DNA from: a bacterium
GTDB taxonomy: Bacteria; UBA8248
NCBI GenBank assembly: GCA_965261085.1
Contig: OZ253442.1
Coordinates: 192,001 to 256,000 of the forward strand
Reading direction: 5' to 3'
Length of the DNA: 64,000 bases
The notes beneath the pieces are model-generated. The model ran no database searches. It was not told the DNA's origin and saw nothing but the letters and a program-made list of their open reading frames with translations. The translations under genes were made by a program, and so were the position numbers. Shown here one piece after another: positions 50,821 to 60,137 of this stretch (position 1 is the first letter of the stretch; the number at the start of each line of letters is the position of its first letter).

Positions 50821-53800
50821 ATGACCCATCCTGAACCAACCGTCCGTAACATCCCGCTGAGCCGGCTGGAACTCGCGCCGGAGAACGTCAGAAAGACGCC
50901 GGAAGACCCGGCCGCCTTCGCGGAGCTCAAGGCTTCCATCGCGGCCCACGATCTGCTGGAGAACCTGATCGTCAGGATAGAGCACCCCGGAGGTGACCCC
51001 GGATCGGGTCCGGGGCAGGCTCATGTCGAGCGTTGCTCCGTGGTCGCCGGCGGACGCCGCCTCGCCGCCATGAAGGCCCTCCTAGAAGAAGAGGTGCTGG
51101 ACGCGGACCACCCCGTACTCTGCCGTGTGATCGGCGCGGCGGAGAACGCAGGAGAGTTTTCACTCGCCGAGAACGTGGTCCGGGTCGCCATGCATCCCGC
51201 CGACCAGGTGGCCGCGTTCACAAAGCTCTCAGAATCGGGCGTCTCCGTCTCCGCCATAGCCGCGCGTTTCGGACTGGCGGAACGCCTGGTCGAACAGCGC
51301 CTGAGTCTCGGCGGCGTGGCGCCTGAGTTGCTCGACGCCTACCGGGAGCAGGAGATGGACCTCGACACCCTGAAAGCCTTCACGGTCACGACCGACCACG
51401 CCCGCCAGAGGACGGCCTGGGAGGGGGTGAAGGAGCAGGGCTACCGCCCGAGCGGCTGGCAGGTGAGGCGCATGCTGACCGAAGAGAGCGTGCCCGCCGT
51501 CTCGGCCGTGGCGCGGTTCGTGGGCGTAGAGGCCTATGAGGCGGCGGGCGGGACGCTCACCCGGGATCTCTTCGCGGGAGAGGACGGGAGCGGGACATGG
51601 TACGACGATCCCGCGCTCCTGAACGAACTCGCGACGGAAAAGCTCCATGCGGCGGCGGACGAACTTAAAGTACGCTGGAAGTGGGCCGAGGCGGTCCTCG
51701 ATACCGACTGGAGCGCGCTCGCGGGCTTCGGGCGGATATCCCCCGAGCCGGCCGCGCCCACCGAGGAGGAGAAGGCCGAGCGGGAGAGCCTGCGCGTCCG
51801 CCAAGACGAACTCGCAGATCTGGATGACGACGAGTGGACCGAGGAACTCGCCTGCGAGGTCGAAGGGATCGAGGGGCGCCTCCGTACGATTGATGAGGCC
51901 GTGGAGGCACGGGCCGCGTTCCGCGAGCAGGATTTCGCGATAGCGGGCTGCATCGCCACGGTCGGCCACGACGGCAGGCTCAAGGTCGTCGAGGGTCTCG
52001 TCAGACCCGAAGACATGCCGGAACGGACGGACGCAGGCGGCGAGGGTGATGGAACGGACCCGGGCCGCGTGGACGCTTCGGCGATCACGGAACCCCTCGC
52101 GGCTCCCCCCGACCCGCGCGCGAGGGTCCGCGAGGAGACAGGGATCGGTATCGGACTCGCCGACGATTTGCGCGCCGTCCGCACGACGCTCGTCAAGGCG
52201 CACTTGTCCGGGGATTTCGAGGCGGCCTTCGACCTGACGCTCTTCCAGCTCGCACGCGCCGTCCAAGCCGATCTCGATGCCGGCCGCTCGGCCGTGATCC
52301 AGCTCGTCTCCACGGGAGAGGCCCTGATGGAGCGGAGGATTGCGGAGATCCCGCCATCCGAATGGGACGACCTGTCGATCGACCTGACGCCCAGGGAATA
52401 CGTGCTCGACTTCCTGGCGCACGCCTTCCCGGTCCAGCTGCAGGAGCCCTTCACCGACGAGGAGGGGAACCTCATGAGCCGGCCCGCCGTCGATGAGGAC
52501 GGGAACCCCGTGCTATCCCAGGAGGCCCTCGCCAAGCGCGAGGCGCTGATCGGGAAGCTGGCCTCCCTCCCGCCGGTGCCCACGGCGCTGGACCAGGTCG
52601 TGCACCGCTTCGGCCACGACGCCGTGGCCGAGGTCACCGGTCGCTCCCGGAGGGTGCTCCGGATGGAGGACGCGCAGGGCGCGCGGCTCGCGCTCCGCCC
52701 GCGTCCCGCATCCGCAGGCCTCGCCGAGACGGCGGCCTTCATGGAAGGTGAGAAGCGGATCCTAGTCTTCTCCATGGCCGGCGGCACGGGTAGGAGCTAC
52801 CACGCCGACCTGGGCTGCGCCAACACGCAGCGAAGGGTCCACTACCTGCTGGAGCCCGGCTGGCGGGCGGATCAGGCGATCCAGGGACTCGGCCGCACCC
52901 ACAGGACGCACCAGGCATCTGCGCCGCTGTTCCGGCCCGTGACCACCGACGTCAAGGGCGAGCGGCGCTTCATCGCCACCATCGCGCGGAGGCTCGACTC
53001 CCTGGGCGCCATCACCCGGGGGCAGCGCAACTCGCAGACCGCCATGTCCGGGAGCGAGGCGACGCTGTTCCGCGCGGGCGACAACCTCGAGAGCCCCTAC
53101 GCCCGGGCGGCGCTCCGCCAGTTCTACGGTGCCCTGTGGCGTGGAGGTGTCCCCGACTGGCCGCTTGCGCGCTTCGAGGAGGCGACGGGCCTCAAGCTCA
53201 CGTACGAGGGAGCGCTCAAGGAGGACCTCCCTCCCATGCCTAAGTTCCTGAACCGCCTGCTCGCGCTTCCCATAGAGGAGCAGAACGCGCTGTTCGCAGA
53301 GCTCGAATCGCGCGTCGAGTCCAATATCGAACAAGCCGTCGAGGCGGGGACCTACGAAGTCGGCGTCGAGACCCTGCGCGCGGACTCGCTCACCGCGGCC
53401 GGGCACGAGACCCTCTACACCCACCCCGGGACCGGGGCTGCGACCGGCCTAGTCGAAATACTCCGCCGCGACCGGCTCGTGCCCGTGACGGCCGACGCCG
53501 CGCTCGATATGGCCGGGAAGGCCGGGGAGCCTGCGCTCGTCGTCAACGCGCGCTCGAAACGGGCGGCCTCCCTCCTGCCGGCGCCCTTGATGATGTTCGA
53601 CGACGGGGGCGTGCAGGAACGGGTGCGTCTCCAGCGGCCCGCCGCCCGGGAGGGCATGGCGAGAGCCGAACTCGATGCCTCGAACTGGCGCGAGGCGGAA
53701 GAAGCCGAATGGCGCGCCCTCTGGGAGGAGGAGGTCGCCTCGCTGCCGGCGCACACCGAATCGCGATTCTGGCTCGTCACCGGGCTCCTCCTGCCGGTCT

Positions 53801-54192
53801 GGGACCGGCTGGGCGCCGAGAACATGCGAGTGCGCCGCCTCGACACCGACGACGGTGAAGCGATGATCGGGCGCGCCTTGGACGCCGCCGGTGTCCGCGC
53901 CGTGCGCGCCGCCTTCGGTCTGGACGGCGGTCCCTCTCTCAGCGCCGGGGAGGCCTTCGATGCCGTCATGGGACGCGGCGAGGTCCTGACCCTCGCGAAC
54001 GGCTGGCGCCTCGCGCGCCGCCGCATCATGGGGGCGCAGCGCCTGGAGATAGAAGGACCCGACGACCGCCACGTCGCCGACTTGAAGCGTGCGGGCTGTA
54101 CGGTCGAGATCGTCTCCTGGAGCGCGCGGGTCTTCGCGCCCGACGCAGCCGTTCTCGCCCGCGTCCTCGAAAGCCGTCCCCTCGCCGACTGA
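50821..54192 (+). CDS. ParB N-domain fused to strawberry-notch C-terminal helicase domain
   Basis: NVRK, VVAGGRR and SLAEN (ParB); then AEVTGRSRR, AGGTGRSYHAD and QGLGRTHR (strawberry notch helicase C). Confidence 0.85.
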   Translation: MTHPEPTVRNIPLSRLELAPENVRKTPEDPAAFAELKASIAAHDLLENLIVRIEHPGGDPGSGPGQAHVERCSVVAGGRRLAAMKALLEEEVLDADHPVLCRVIGAAENAGEFSLAENVVRVAMHPADQVAAFTKLSESGVSVSAIAARFGLAERLVEQRLSLGGVAPELLDAYREQEMDLDTLKAFTVTTDHARQRTAWEGVKEQGYRPSGWQVRRMLTEESVPAVSAVARFVGVEAYEAAGGTLTRDLFAGEDGSGTWYDDPALLNELATEKLHAAADELKVRWKWAEAVLDTDWSALAGFGRISPEPAAPTEEEKAERESLRVRQDELADLDDDEWTEELACEVEGIEGRLRTIDEAVEARAAFREQDFAIAGCIATVGHDGRLKVVEGLVRPEDMPERTDAGGEGDGTDPGRVDASAITEPLAAPPDPRARVREETGIGIGLADDLRAVRTTLVKAHLSGDFEAAFDLTLFQLARAVQADLDAGRSAVIQLVSTGEALMERRIAEIPPSEWDDLSIDLTPREYVLDFLAHAFPVQLQEPFTDEEGNLMSRPAVDEDGNPVLSQEALAKREALIGKLASLPPVPTALDQVVHRFGHDAVAEVTGRSRRVLRMEDAQGARLALRPRPASAGLAETAAFMEGEKRILVFSMAGGTGRSYHADLGCANTQRRVHYLLEPGWRADQAIQGLGRTHRTHQASAPLFRPVTTDVKGERRFIATIARRLDSLGAITRGQRNSQTAMSGSEATLFRAGDNLESPYARAALRQFYGALWRGGVPDWPLARFEEATGLKLTYEGALKEDLPPMPKFLNRLLALPIEEQNALFAELESRVESNIEQAVEAGTYEVGVETLRADSLTAAGHETLYTHPGTGAATGLVEILRRDRLVPVTADAALDMAGKAGEPALVVNARSKRAASLLPAPLMMFDDGGVQERVRLQRPAAREGMARAELDASNWREAEEAEWRALWEEEVASLPAHTESRFWLVTGLLLPVWDRLGAENMRVRRLDTDDGEAMIGRALDAAGVRAVRAAFGLDGGPSLSAGEAFDAVMGRGEVLTLANGWRLARRRIMGAQRLEIEGPDDRHVADLKRAGCTVEIVSWSARVFAPDAAVLARVLESRPLAD

Positions 54193-54344
54193 ACCCGCAC
54201 GTGCGGCCGGCCCGCATACGTATGGCCGGCCCATCTCCGTCCGGCGGGGGGCCGTTCCGCAGTCGTTATCCGTATCGCCGGCCGCCCGGCGCCTGTCGCC
54301 GGGGGCGGCGACAAATTCCGCCATCATTCAAGGGAGTTCGTTCC

Positions 54345-54605
54345 ATGACCTCACAGACACTGCCGAAAGTTACCGACTTCGCCTTCTGCCCGTCCTACGG
54401 ACCCGATGACGAGCCGCAGGAAATACGCCTCGTCATCGACGGAATGACCGGGAGCATCCCCACCGCCCTGGTCGCCCTCACCCTGGAAGACGCCGAGCGC
54501 TTCTGCGACAGGCTCAACGCCCGGCTCGGAATGGACCGGGAGGCCTGGTCCGCTCTGGCCGCGCGAACAATGGGCCCGGCGCAGGACGACGAGGCCGCCG
54601 GTTGA
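54345..54605 (+). CDS. Hypothetical protein
   Basis: AGGGAG RBS, element-like codon usage, 86 aa. Confidence 0.6.
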   Translation: MTSQTLPKVTDFAFCPSYGPDDEPQEIRLVIDGMTGSIPTALVALTLEDAERFCDRLNARLGMDREAWSALAARTMGPAQDDEAAG

Positions 54606-54697
54606 GCCGCCCTCATTGCAATGCAGCCGCCCCGGTGATGTCGGAGGACGCTCACGCGCCGGCTCTTTTTTTGCCCGTTATCCAGAGGAGGTCCGCC

Positions 54698-55672
54698 ATG
54701 TCCCGAACACCATCTCCCGCGGCCGGGATCGCCGCCGCGCTCGCCTCGCGCGCCGAGGAAGTCTGCCGCCGCTATCTGCCCCGGGGCAAAAAGCAGGGCC
54801 GCTACTGGGTCGCGGGCGACGTCGACGGCTCGCCGGGACGCTCTCTCTTCGTCCGCCTGAAGCCTCCGGGCGCGCCGGGCAAATGGACCGACGCGGCCAC
54901 CGGGGAGCACGGCGACCTGCTCGACCTGATCCGCAGCCGTTACGCCTCGCCCACGCTCCGCGCGGCCATGGACGAGGCCCGCGCCTTCCTCGCCCTGCCT
55001 GCCCCACATTTGCCGGCCGGGGGGCCGCCATACGACGCGAGGGAAGCGGCGCGGCGCATCTGGCGGAGTTGCCGCCCGATTGAGGGCGGCCCGGCCGATG
55101 CCTACCTCCGCGCCCGGGGCATCACGCGGTTCCGCTTCCCCTCCCTGCGCTTCCACCCGGCGCTCTACCACCGCGAAGCCGACCGCCGACTGCCCGCCCT
55201 GGTCGCCGCCGTGACCGACTCGGGAGGTGCGCTCCACGCCGTGCACCGCACCTGGATCGATTCCGATGCGCAGACGAAGGCCGGCGTCCTCCCCTCCCGC
55301 AAGGCGCTCGGCCGGGTCTTCGGACGCGCCGTGCGCTTCGGCGCACCCGGCGCCACCCTTCTGGTCGGGGAGGGCGTCGAGACCGTACTCTCGATCGTCA
55401 CCGCGGCGCCCCGGGTCCCCGCTGCGGCCGCACTCTCCGCAGGTAGCCTCGGCGCCTTCGTCCCGCCCGAGGGGGTCACCCGCCTCGTCATCGCTCGGGA
55501 CAACGACGTGGAAGGGGAGGTGGCGGCGGAACGCCTGGCCAAACGCTGCGCCGGGATCGGGGTCGGCGCCCGCGTCATCGTTCCGGAACGCGGCGACTTC
55601 AACGACGACCTCGCTGCGCTCGGCGCCGCTGTCCTCGCGGCACGGCTCGGGCCGCTCTTCCACTTCGCGTGA
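54698..55672 (+). CDS. Plasmid/ICE-type primase-like protein (Toprim)
   Basis: GKWTDAATGEHGDLLDLI, YLRARGI, VHRTW, GEGVET and ARDND. Confidence 0.88.
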   Translation: MSRTPSPAAGIAAALASRAEEVCRRYLPRGKKQGRYWVAGDVDGSPGRSLFVRLKPPGAPGKWTDAATGEHGDLLDLIRSRYASPTLRAAMDEARAFLALPAPHLPAGGPPYDAREAARRIWRSCRPIEGGPADAYLRARGITRFRFPSLRFHPALYHREADRRLPALVAAVTDSGGALHAVHRTWIDSDAQTKAGVLPSRKALGRVFGRAVRFGAPGATLLVGEGVETVLSIVTAAPRVPAAAALSAGSLGAFVPPEGVTRLVIARDNDVEGEVAAERLAKRCAGIGVGARVIVPERGDFNDDLAALGAAVLAARLGPLFHFA

Positions 55673-55770
55673 GTCGGAGAGGAGCGGGCCTGAGCAGGAA
55701 GGGAGGGTTTGACAACCGCCGCCCTGCTGCGCAGCCGGCCTGCCGCCGGTGGGAGGGAGCAAGGTGGAAC

Positions 55771-56562
55771 CTACGGGCCTTTGCCGTATGTCTGGCGCGC
55801 CAACTCTCCCACTCGCCGTTTCTGCATATCGCTCAGCGAGCCGAACGGCGTCTGGGCCTTGGCGCCGTATACGAACAGCGAAGGTTCGCCCGTTATCGCG
55901 TACCACCTCGCATCGACCGGGTACGGGCGTTTTCTGAGCTCCCCGCTTATCTTGCGCCGGAACTCGTGAATCCGCCGCCAGTCGTTCAAGGCCGGGAAGC
56001 GTCCCTCGATATACTCGCGGTCTTTCCTCTTGACGCTCAGCAGGACGATTTCCGGCTTCAGGATTTCCAGCAACCGGCGCCACAGAATGCCGCCTTTCCC
56101 CTGCAGCGCACGGTGTTCCGCTTCTCCAAGCCCGCTCCACGTCGGATTCGTGGCGACGGGCGAACCAAAGTCCGTATGCAGGGCCGTCGAGGGTTTCCGG
56201 CCCGGATAGTAGCTGGCCTCCGCTCCTCCCAGCGCGACGTCGTAGAACCGGAACCATCTGCGATAGGGGTCAGCGTCGAAGTAGGAACACAGGCCTCTCA
56301 GGTAGCGCTCGCCCTCGGTCGCCGTGATCCCGGCGCATCCCGGAAACCTCCGGAACGGAGAACCCTCGGGGAATTCCGCCGACGAAGGATTCGATCCTAC
56401 GGTCACCACCCGAACTGACGAGGCGGAGTATGCCTCCAAATCGCCGAAGAAGAGAATCGGCATGGCGGGATGGACGCGCGAAGACGGAGCAGCGCATTCG
56501 AACGCCTTCCAGGCCTCCGCCACCAGCGAATTCAAACCGCCCCTTTCGATACGCCTGTCCAT
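55771..56562 (-). CDS. Uracil-DNA-glycosylase-like fold hypothetical protein
   Basis: PILFFGD....VVTVGSNPS..EF resembles UDG-superfamily motif 1; LLEILKPEIVLL; GGAGG RBS. Confidence 0.5.
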   Translation of the reverse strand: MDRRIERGGLNSLVAEAWKAFECAAPSSRVHPAMPILFFGDLEAYSASSVRVVTVGSNPSSAEFPEGSPFRRFPGCAGITATEGERYLRGLCSYFDADPYRRWFRFYDVALGGAEASYYPGRKPSTALHTDFGSPVATNPTWSGLGEAEHRALQGKGGILWRRLLEILKPEIVLLSVKRKDREYIEGRFPALNDWRRIHEFRRKISGELRKRPYPVDARWYAITGEPSLFVYGAKAQTPFGSLSDMQKRRVGELARQTYGKGP

Positions 56563-56749
56563 ACCTCCATCTGACACGGACCCGGGGCAAGGGCAAGTCC
56601 CGGCGGTGTCGGCGAGTGGTCCCCACCGGATGAGAACCTCCCCCCGAGAGTAAGAGCGAAGCACGGAACCGGGCAAAGGCCCGGTAGGGAGAGGGAGACG
56701 GTCTTCCGACCCTGATGCCGGGGGCGACAACCCGAGAGGAGGCTGGACC

Positions 56750-56881
56750 ATGTATGAGAACGACTACGACATCGAGATGTTCACCAGTGACGAACTGCTC
56801 GCCGAGATCGGACTCGACGCGTACACGATCCGCAAGTTGCGCAACGAGGCGGACGGCGAAGTGGAGTTTTGTAGCGTTTAG
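56750..56881 (+). CDS. Small acidic hypothetical protein (43 aa)
   Basis: GAGGAGG RBS; MYENDYDIEMFTSDELLAEIGLD... Confidence 0.5.
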   Translation: MYENDYDIEMFTSDELLAEIGLDAYTIRKLRNEADGEVEFCSV

Positions 56882-56955
56882 GACGAACCGGGTGGAGAGA
56901 AAGACTCTCTCCCTCCCATCACTTTTTCACACTCACACCACGAAGGAGTACTACC

Positions 56956-57402
56956 ATGGCATTCGGACTCAACAGAGCGGAACTGATCGGGCGTCTCGGC
57001 GCCGACGTCACCATCAACCATCTCTCGAGCGGCGGGCGCGTCGCGAATCTATCCATCGCCACCGACGAGGGCTACGTCGACAAGCAGTCCGGCGATCGGG
57101 TGGAGAAGACCGAGTGGCACCGGGTCGTGACCTTCCAGCCGGGCCTGGTGGATATGTTTGAGAAGCACGCGAAGAAGGGCCGCCTGGTCTACGTGGCGGG
57201 TAAGCTCCAGACCAGACGCTGGAAGAAGGACGAGGAGGATTCCGATCGGTTCTCGACCGAGATCTTACTCGCCCCCGGCGGGCGGGTGCAGTTCCTGGAG
57301 AAGATGAACGGGAACGGCAATGGCAACGGAGGCGGCGCGCACCCCGAGACGGCCGATGTGGCGGCCACCGCGGGCGTAGTAGGCGAAGATATTCCATTCT
57401 GA
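56956..57402 (+). CDS. ssb: Single-stranded DNA-binding protein
   Basis: LNRAELIGRLGAD, TEWHRVV, KG.LVYVAGKLQTR.W and acidic DIPF tail. Confidence 0.96.
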   Translation: MAFGLNRAELIGRLGADVTINHLSSGGRVANLSIATDEGYVDKQSGDRVEKTEWHRVVTFQPGLVDMFEKHAKKGRLVYVAGKLQTRRWKKDEEDSDRFSTEILLAPGGRVQFLEKMNGNGNGNGGGAHPETADVAATAGVVGEDIPF

Positions 57403-57410
57403 TCACGTCA

Positions 57411-57443
57411 GGGGTCGGCGTTACGGCGCCGGCCCCTTTTTTT
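57411..57443 (+). terminator. Rho-independent terminator after ssb
   Basis: GGGGTCGGCG-loop-CGCCGGCCCC followed by T7. Confidence 0.85.
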
Positions 57444-57535
57444 GCTCGTTATCCAGAGGAGGTCCGCCATGCCCCGAACACCCTCTCCAGCGCCGGGATC
57501 GCCGCCGCCCTCGCCTTTCTCGCCCTGCCGGCCCT
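57426..57535 (+). repeat. Duplicated RBS/5' end of the primase gene (copy of ~54656-54745), truncated
   Basis: Near-identical ..TTTTTTGCYCGTTATCCAGAGGAGGTCCGCCATGYCCCGAACACC..GCCGGGATCGCCGCCGC. Confidence 0.85.
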
Positions 57536-57795
57536 CTCATCTACCGGGAACACCCGGGAAATCTCCGGTTCCGTGAACGATAAACCATGTTCACGGAAGA
57601 TCGGCATGCACCTGCAATCACCGCATACCCTGGACAGTGGTTCGGTCTACCCCCCGCTGCGGGAATTTTGGGCCGGAAAAAACGGCCCAAAATGACCCTC
57701 TCCGCAGCATGAGAGATTGTTTCACGATGAGCTTCGCCTTCATCGTGAAACAACCGGAAGCTCTTGTGTCCCGGTGGCGATACTACCCTCTCTCT

Positions 57796-58023
57796 CTTAG
57801 CGTCCTCATTTTAGCACGAACGGCGAGCAATAAAGGGTGGCCGCTAGCGGCCATCATTTGCCGGTACCCCCCAAAAAACGTCGAGCGGCAAAAAACGAAA
57901 GCGCCGCTCTATGAAGCGTGTTTTTCGGGAACCCCCCGGAAAATGACGAGCCCTTGATTCGCTCGCCTACGGGCATCGGGAACACCACCCGATGCCCTTA
58001 CGTGCTGAAAATGGGGCGCTAAG
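57796..58023 (+). promoter_or_regulatory. Frpo/ssi-like single-stranded DNA promoter (large fold-back)
   Basis: Nested inverted repeats over ~230 nt; the outer arm carries TGnTAAAAT on the minus strand. Confidence 0.7.
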
Positions 58024-58059
58024 AAGCGCATCCGTTAACTCTCTGGAAAGGAGAAAGGC

Positions 58060-58434
58060 ATGGAAACCACCGTGGTGAACCTGAACGACTATGTTGCGCC
58101 CCAATTCGGAAGCGGCTGTCTCGTCGTGATTGACAGGACGACGAAGTGGGGAAATCCCTTCCGGATCGGCCAGGACGGCGACCGCGCCGACGTGATTGAA
58201 AAATACCGGCAATGGCTCTGGAGAAAAATCCAGCAGGAGGAGATCAACCTCTACGAACTCGCCGACCTTCATGGCTGCGAACTCGGCTGCCACTGTCATC
58301 CCCTTCCATGCCACGGCGACGTCCTCGCACGCGCCGCCGCGTGGGCAGCCGACTACCTCGGCGACATGCCCAAAGAAGTGAAGCGAGACGATCTCGGCTA
58401 CGCGCTGCCCCAATACGACTATTCCCTCGCTTGA
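58060..58434 (+). CDS. DUF4326-family protein
   Basis: R.TKWGNPF..G..G.R..VI.KY; LGCHCHPLPCHGDVL. Confidence 0.85.
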   Translation: METTVVNLNDYVAPQFGSGCLVVIDRTTKWGNPFRIGQDGDRADVIEKYRQWLWRKIQQEEINLYELADLHGCELGCHCHPLPCHGDVLARAAAWAADYLGDMPKEVKRDDLGYALPQYDYSLA

Positions 58435-58497
58435 GGACAACCGAACCACTGGCCGAAAAGCCCGGCTGGAAAACCCAATCACTGAAAGGAGTGAACG

Positions 58498-59454
58498 ATG
58501 ACTGCCACCGCGACACACGACCACAAGGAGAGCATCATGCACGAGCACACAGAGCACGAAGCACAGAATGAATCCTTCACCGCCATGGTCTGCGAGCAGG
58601 CAGCGCTGTTCGGCGCAACCCCGGGACCCGATGAGTTCGACAACCGACCCGTATGGGACCAGAACGAATCCACAGACGCCGTCACTCAGGCCTTCCGCAT
58701 CCTCGCGCAAGCCGCACCTGACGGCACGCAACTTGCGGATGAGCGAGCGAATCTCCTCTGGGGCTTCGTCAACACCCTGGACGCCCAGACACAGCGCCTC
58801 GACCGCGCCGCCGACAGGCTCATCCCCGGCATACGCGAACTCCAGCGCGAACAGGACGGCTCCGAGATCAGATCACGCGAACTCGAACTCACGACCGACC
58901 GCGCGCAAAACCTGAGCGACCGCCGAGACGCCTTCGAAGGACTGCGCGACACCGCCGCCGAGGCTTATCGCGTAGAGACCGGCGAGGTCTGGCGGCCCAG
59001 GCGAGGCTCCCACGTCTCCCAAACCGGCAAGCTGACCTCTGCGGTGATCGAGGCGCGCGACTTCCAGCGCGCCAGAAAGGACCGCGAGAACACCGCTCAT
59101 CTTCCCCAGGGAACACTCGTCGCCGTCGCGGGCGGCAAGGAGGCGAACGACGTAAGCAAAATCATCGCGCATCTCGACAAGCTCAAGGCCAAGTACAAAG
59201 ACGTGGTGCTCGTCCACGGCGGCGGCCCCGGCGCCGAGAAGATTGCAGCGGGATGGGCGGAGCGAAACGGCGTCCACCAAGTCGTCTGTAAACCCGACTG
59301 GGACGCACACGGCAGGGCCGCTCCCTTCAGGCGCAACGACGACTTGCTCGCACTCCTGCCCAAGGGCGTCATCGCGTTCCCGGGCAGCGGCATCACAGAC
59401 AACCTCGTCGACAAGGCCCGCACCCTCGGAATTCCCGTCCAAAAAGTAGCGTGA
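58498..59454 (+). CDS. DUF2493/YspA-type SLOG domain protein
   Basis: C-terminal VAVAGG..LVHGG.PGAEKIAAGWA..PDW..HGRAAPFRRND..AFPGSGIT. Confidence 0.85.
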   Translation: MTATATHDHKESIMHEHTEHEAQNESFTAMVCEQAALFGATPGPDEFDNRPVWDQNESTDAVTQAFRILAQAAPDGTQLADERANLLWGFVNTLDAQTQRLDRAADRLIPGIRELQREQDGSEIRSRELELTTDRAQNLSDRRDAFEGLRDTAAEAYRVETGEVWRPRRGSHVSQTGKLTSAVIEARDFQRARKDRENTAHLPQGTLVAVAGGKEANDVSKIIAHLDKLKAKYKDVVLVHGGGPGAEKIAAGWAERNGVHQVVCKPDWDAHGRAAPFRRNDDLLALLPKGVIAFPGSGITDNLVDKARTLGIPVQKVA

Positions 59455-59699
59455 CGTGAACGCTCAACGGGTCGCGTCGTCGCCGCCCGGCGGCGCGGCC
59501 CGTTGCGTCTCGTCGACCAACGCTCGCGCCACTTGCGCCGGCATCGATGATGACTCCGCTGGTCTTGCCGCAGGAACAACTCCCCGCATTGCTCCTCCCG
59601 CTCAATCGCCGCGGCGGCTCCCGCTCGCCATTATCATCGGCAAAAATTTCCCCGACTTGCGTTTCAAAAAATCCCTGCGCTAGCCGCCCTTCGGCGTTT

Positions 59700-59730
59700 C
59701 GTTCAGTACACCCGACGCAGCGGGCTGCAC
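59700..59730 (-). promoter_or_regulatory. Predicted oriT (MOBF nic between 59708 and 59707)
   Basis: Minus strand GTGCAGCCCGCTGCGTCGGGTGT|AC: hairpin GCAG/CTGC plus TGCGTCGGGTGT, 11/12 identical to F TGCGTGGGGTGT|. Confidence 0.7.
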
Positions 59731-60137
59731 CGGCTCCAGAGGCTGCGAATGACCGCGATCTCCTGCGCCCGGCTGTTATGGTTCATCCCCCCGCGCATCC
59801 CCGTCATGCCGGAAATAGTGCGTCGTATTTGCGACGATCCCCTGATTTTGATAATTATATCAACAGGTTAGAGAGAGGCTGGATGCGGTTTTTGCGGTAG
59901 CGTTTCTCCTGCAGATACCAATTGCGTCGCAGACGGGGGTGCGCACGAATATGATCCCACTCGGCCTGCGTCGCAAATGCGACGCAGGACACGGATGCGC
60001 AGGACCATGATCGACCGGCGCAACCCGGCCCGGGAATCCGGTGAGCGCCCGCTGTTTCGGCTTCCGAAAGGCGCAGGCGGGAGCCGGAAACATCTCACAT
60101 GAACGACCATTCAGAGGATAAAACGGGGGAAAACGGC

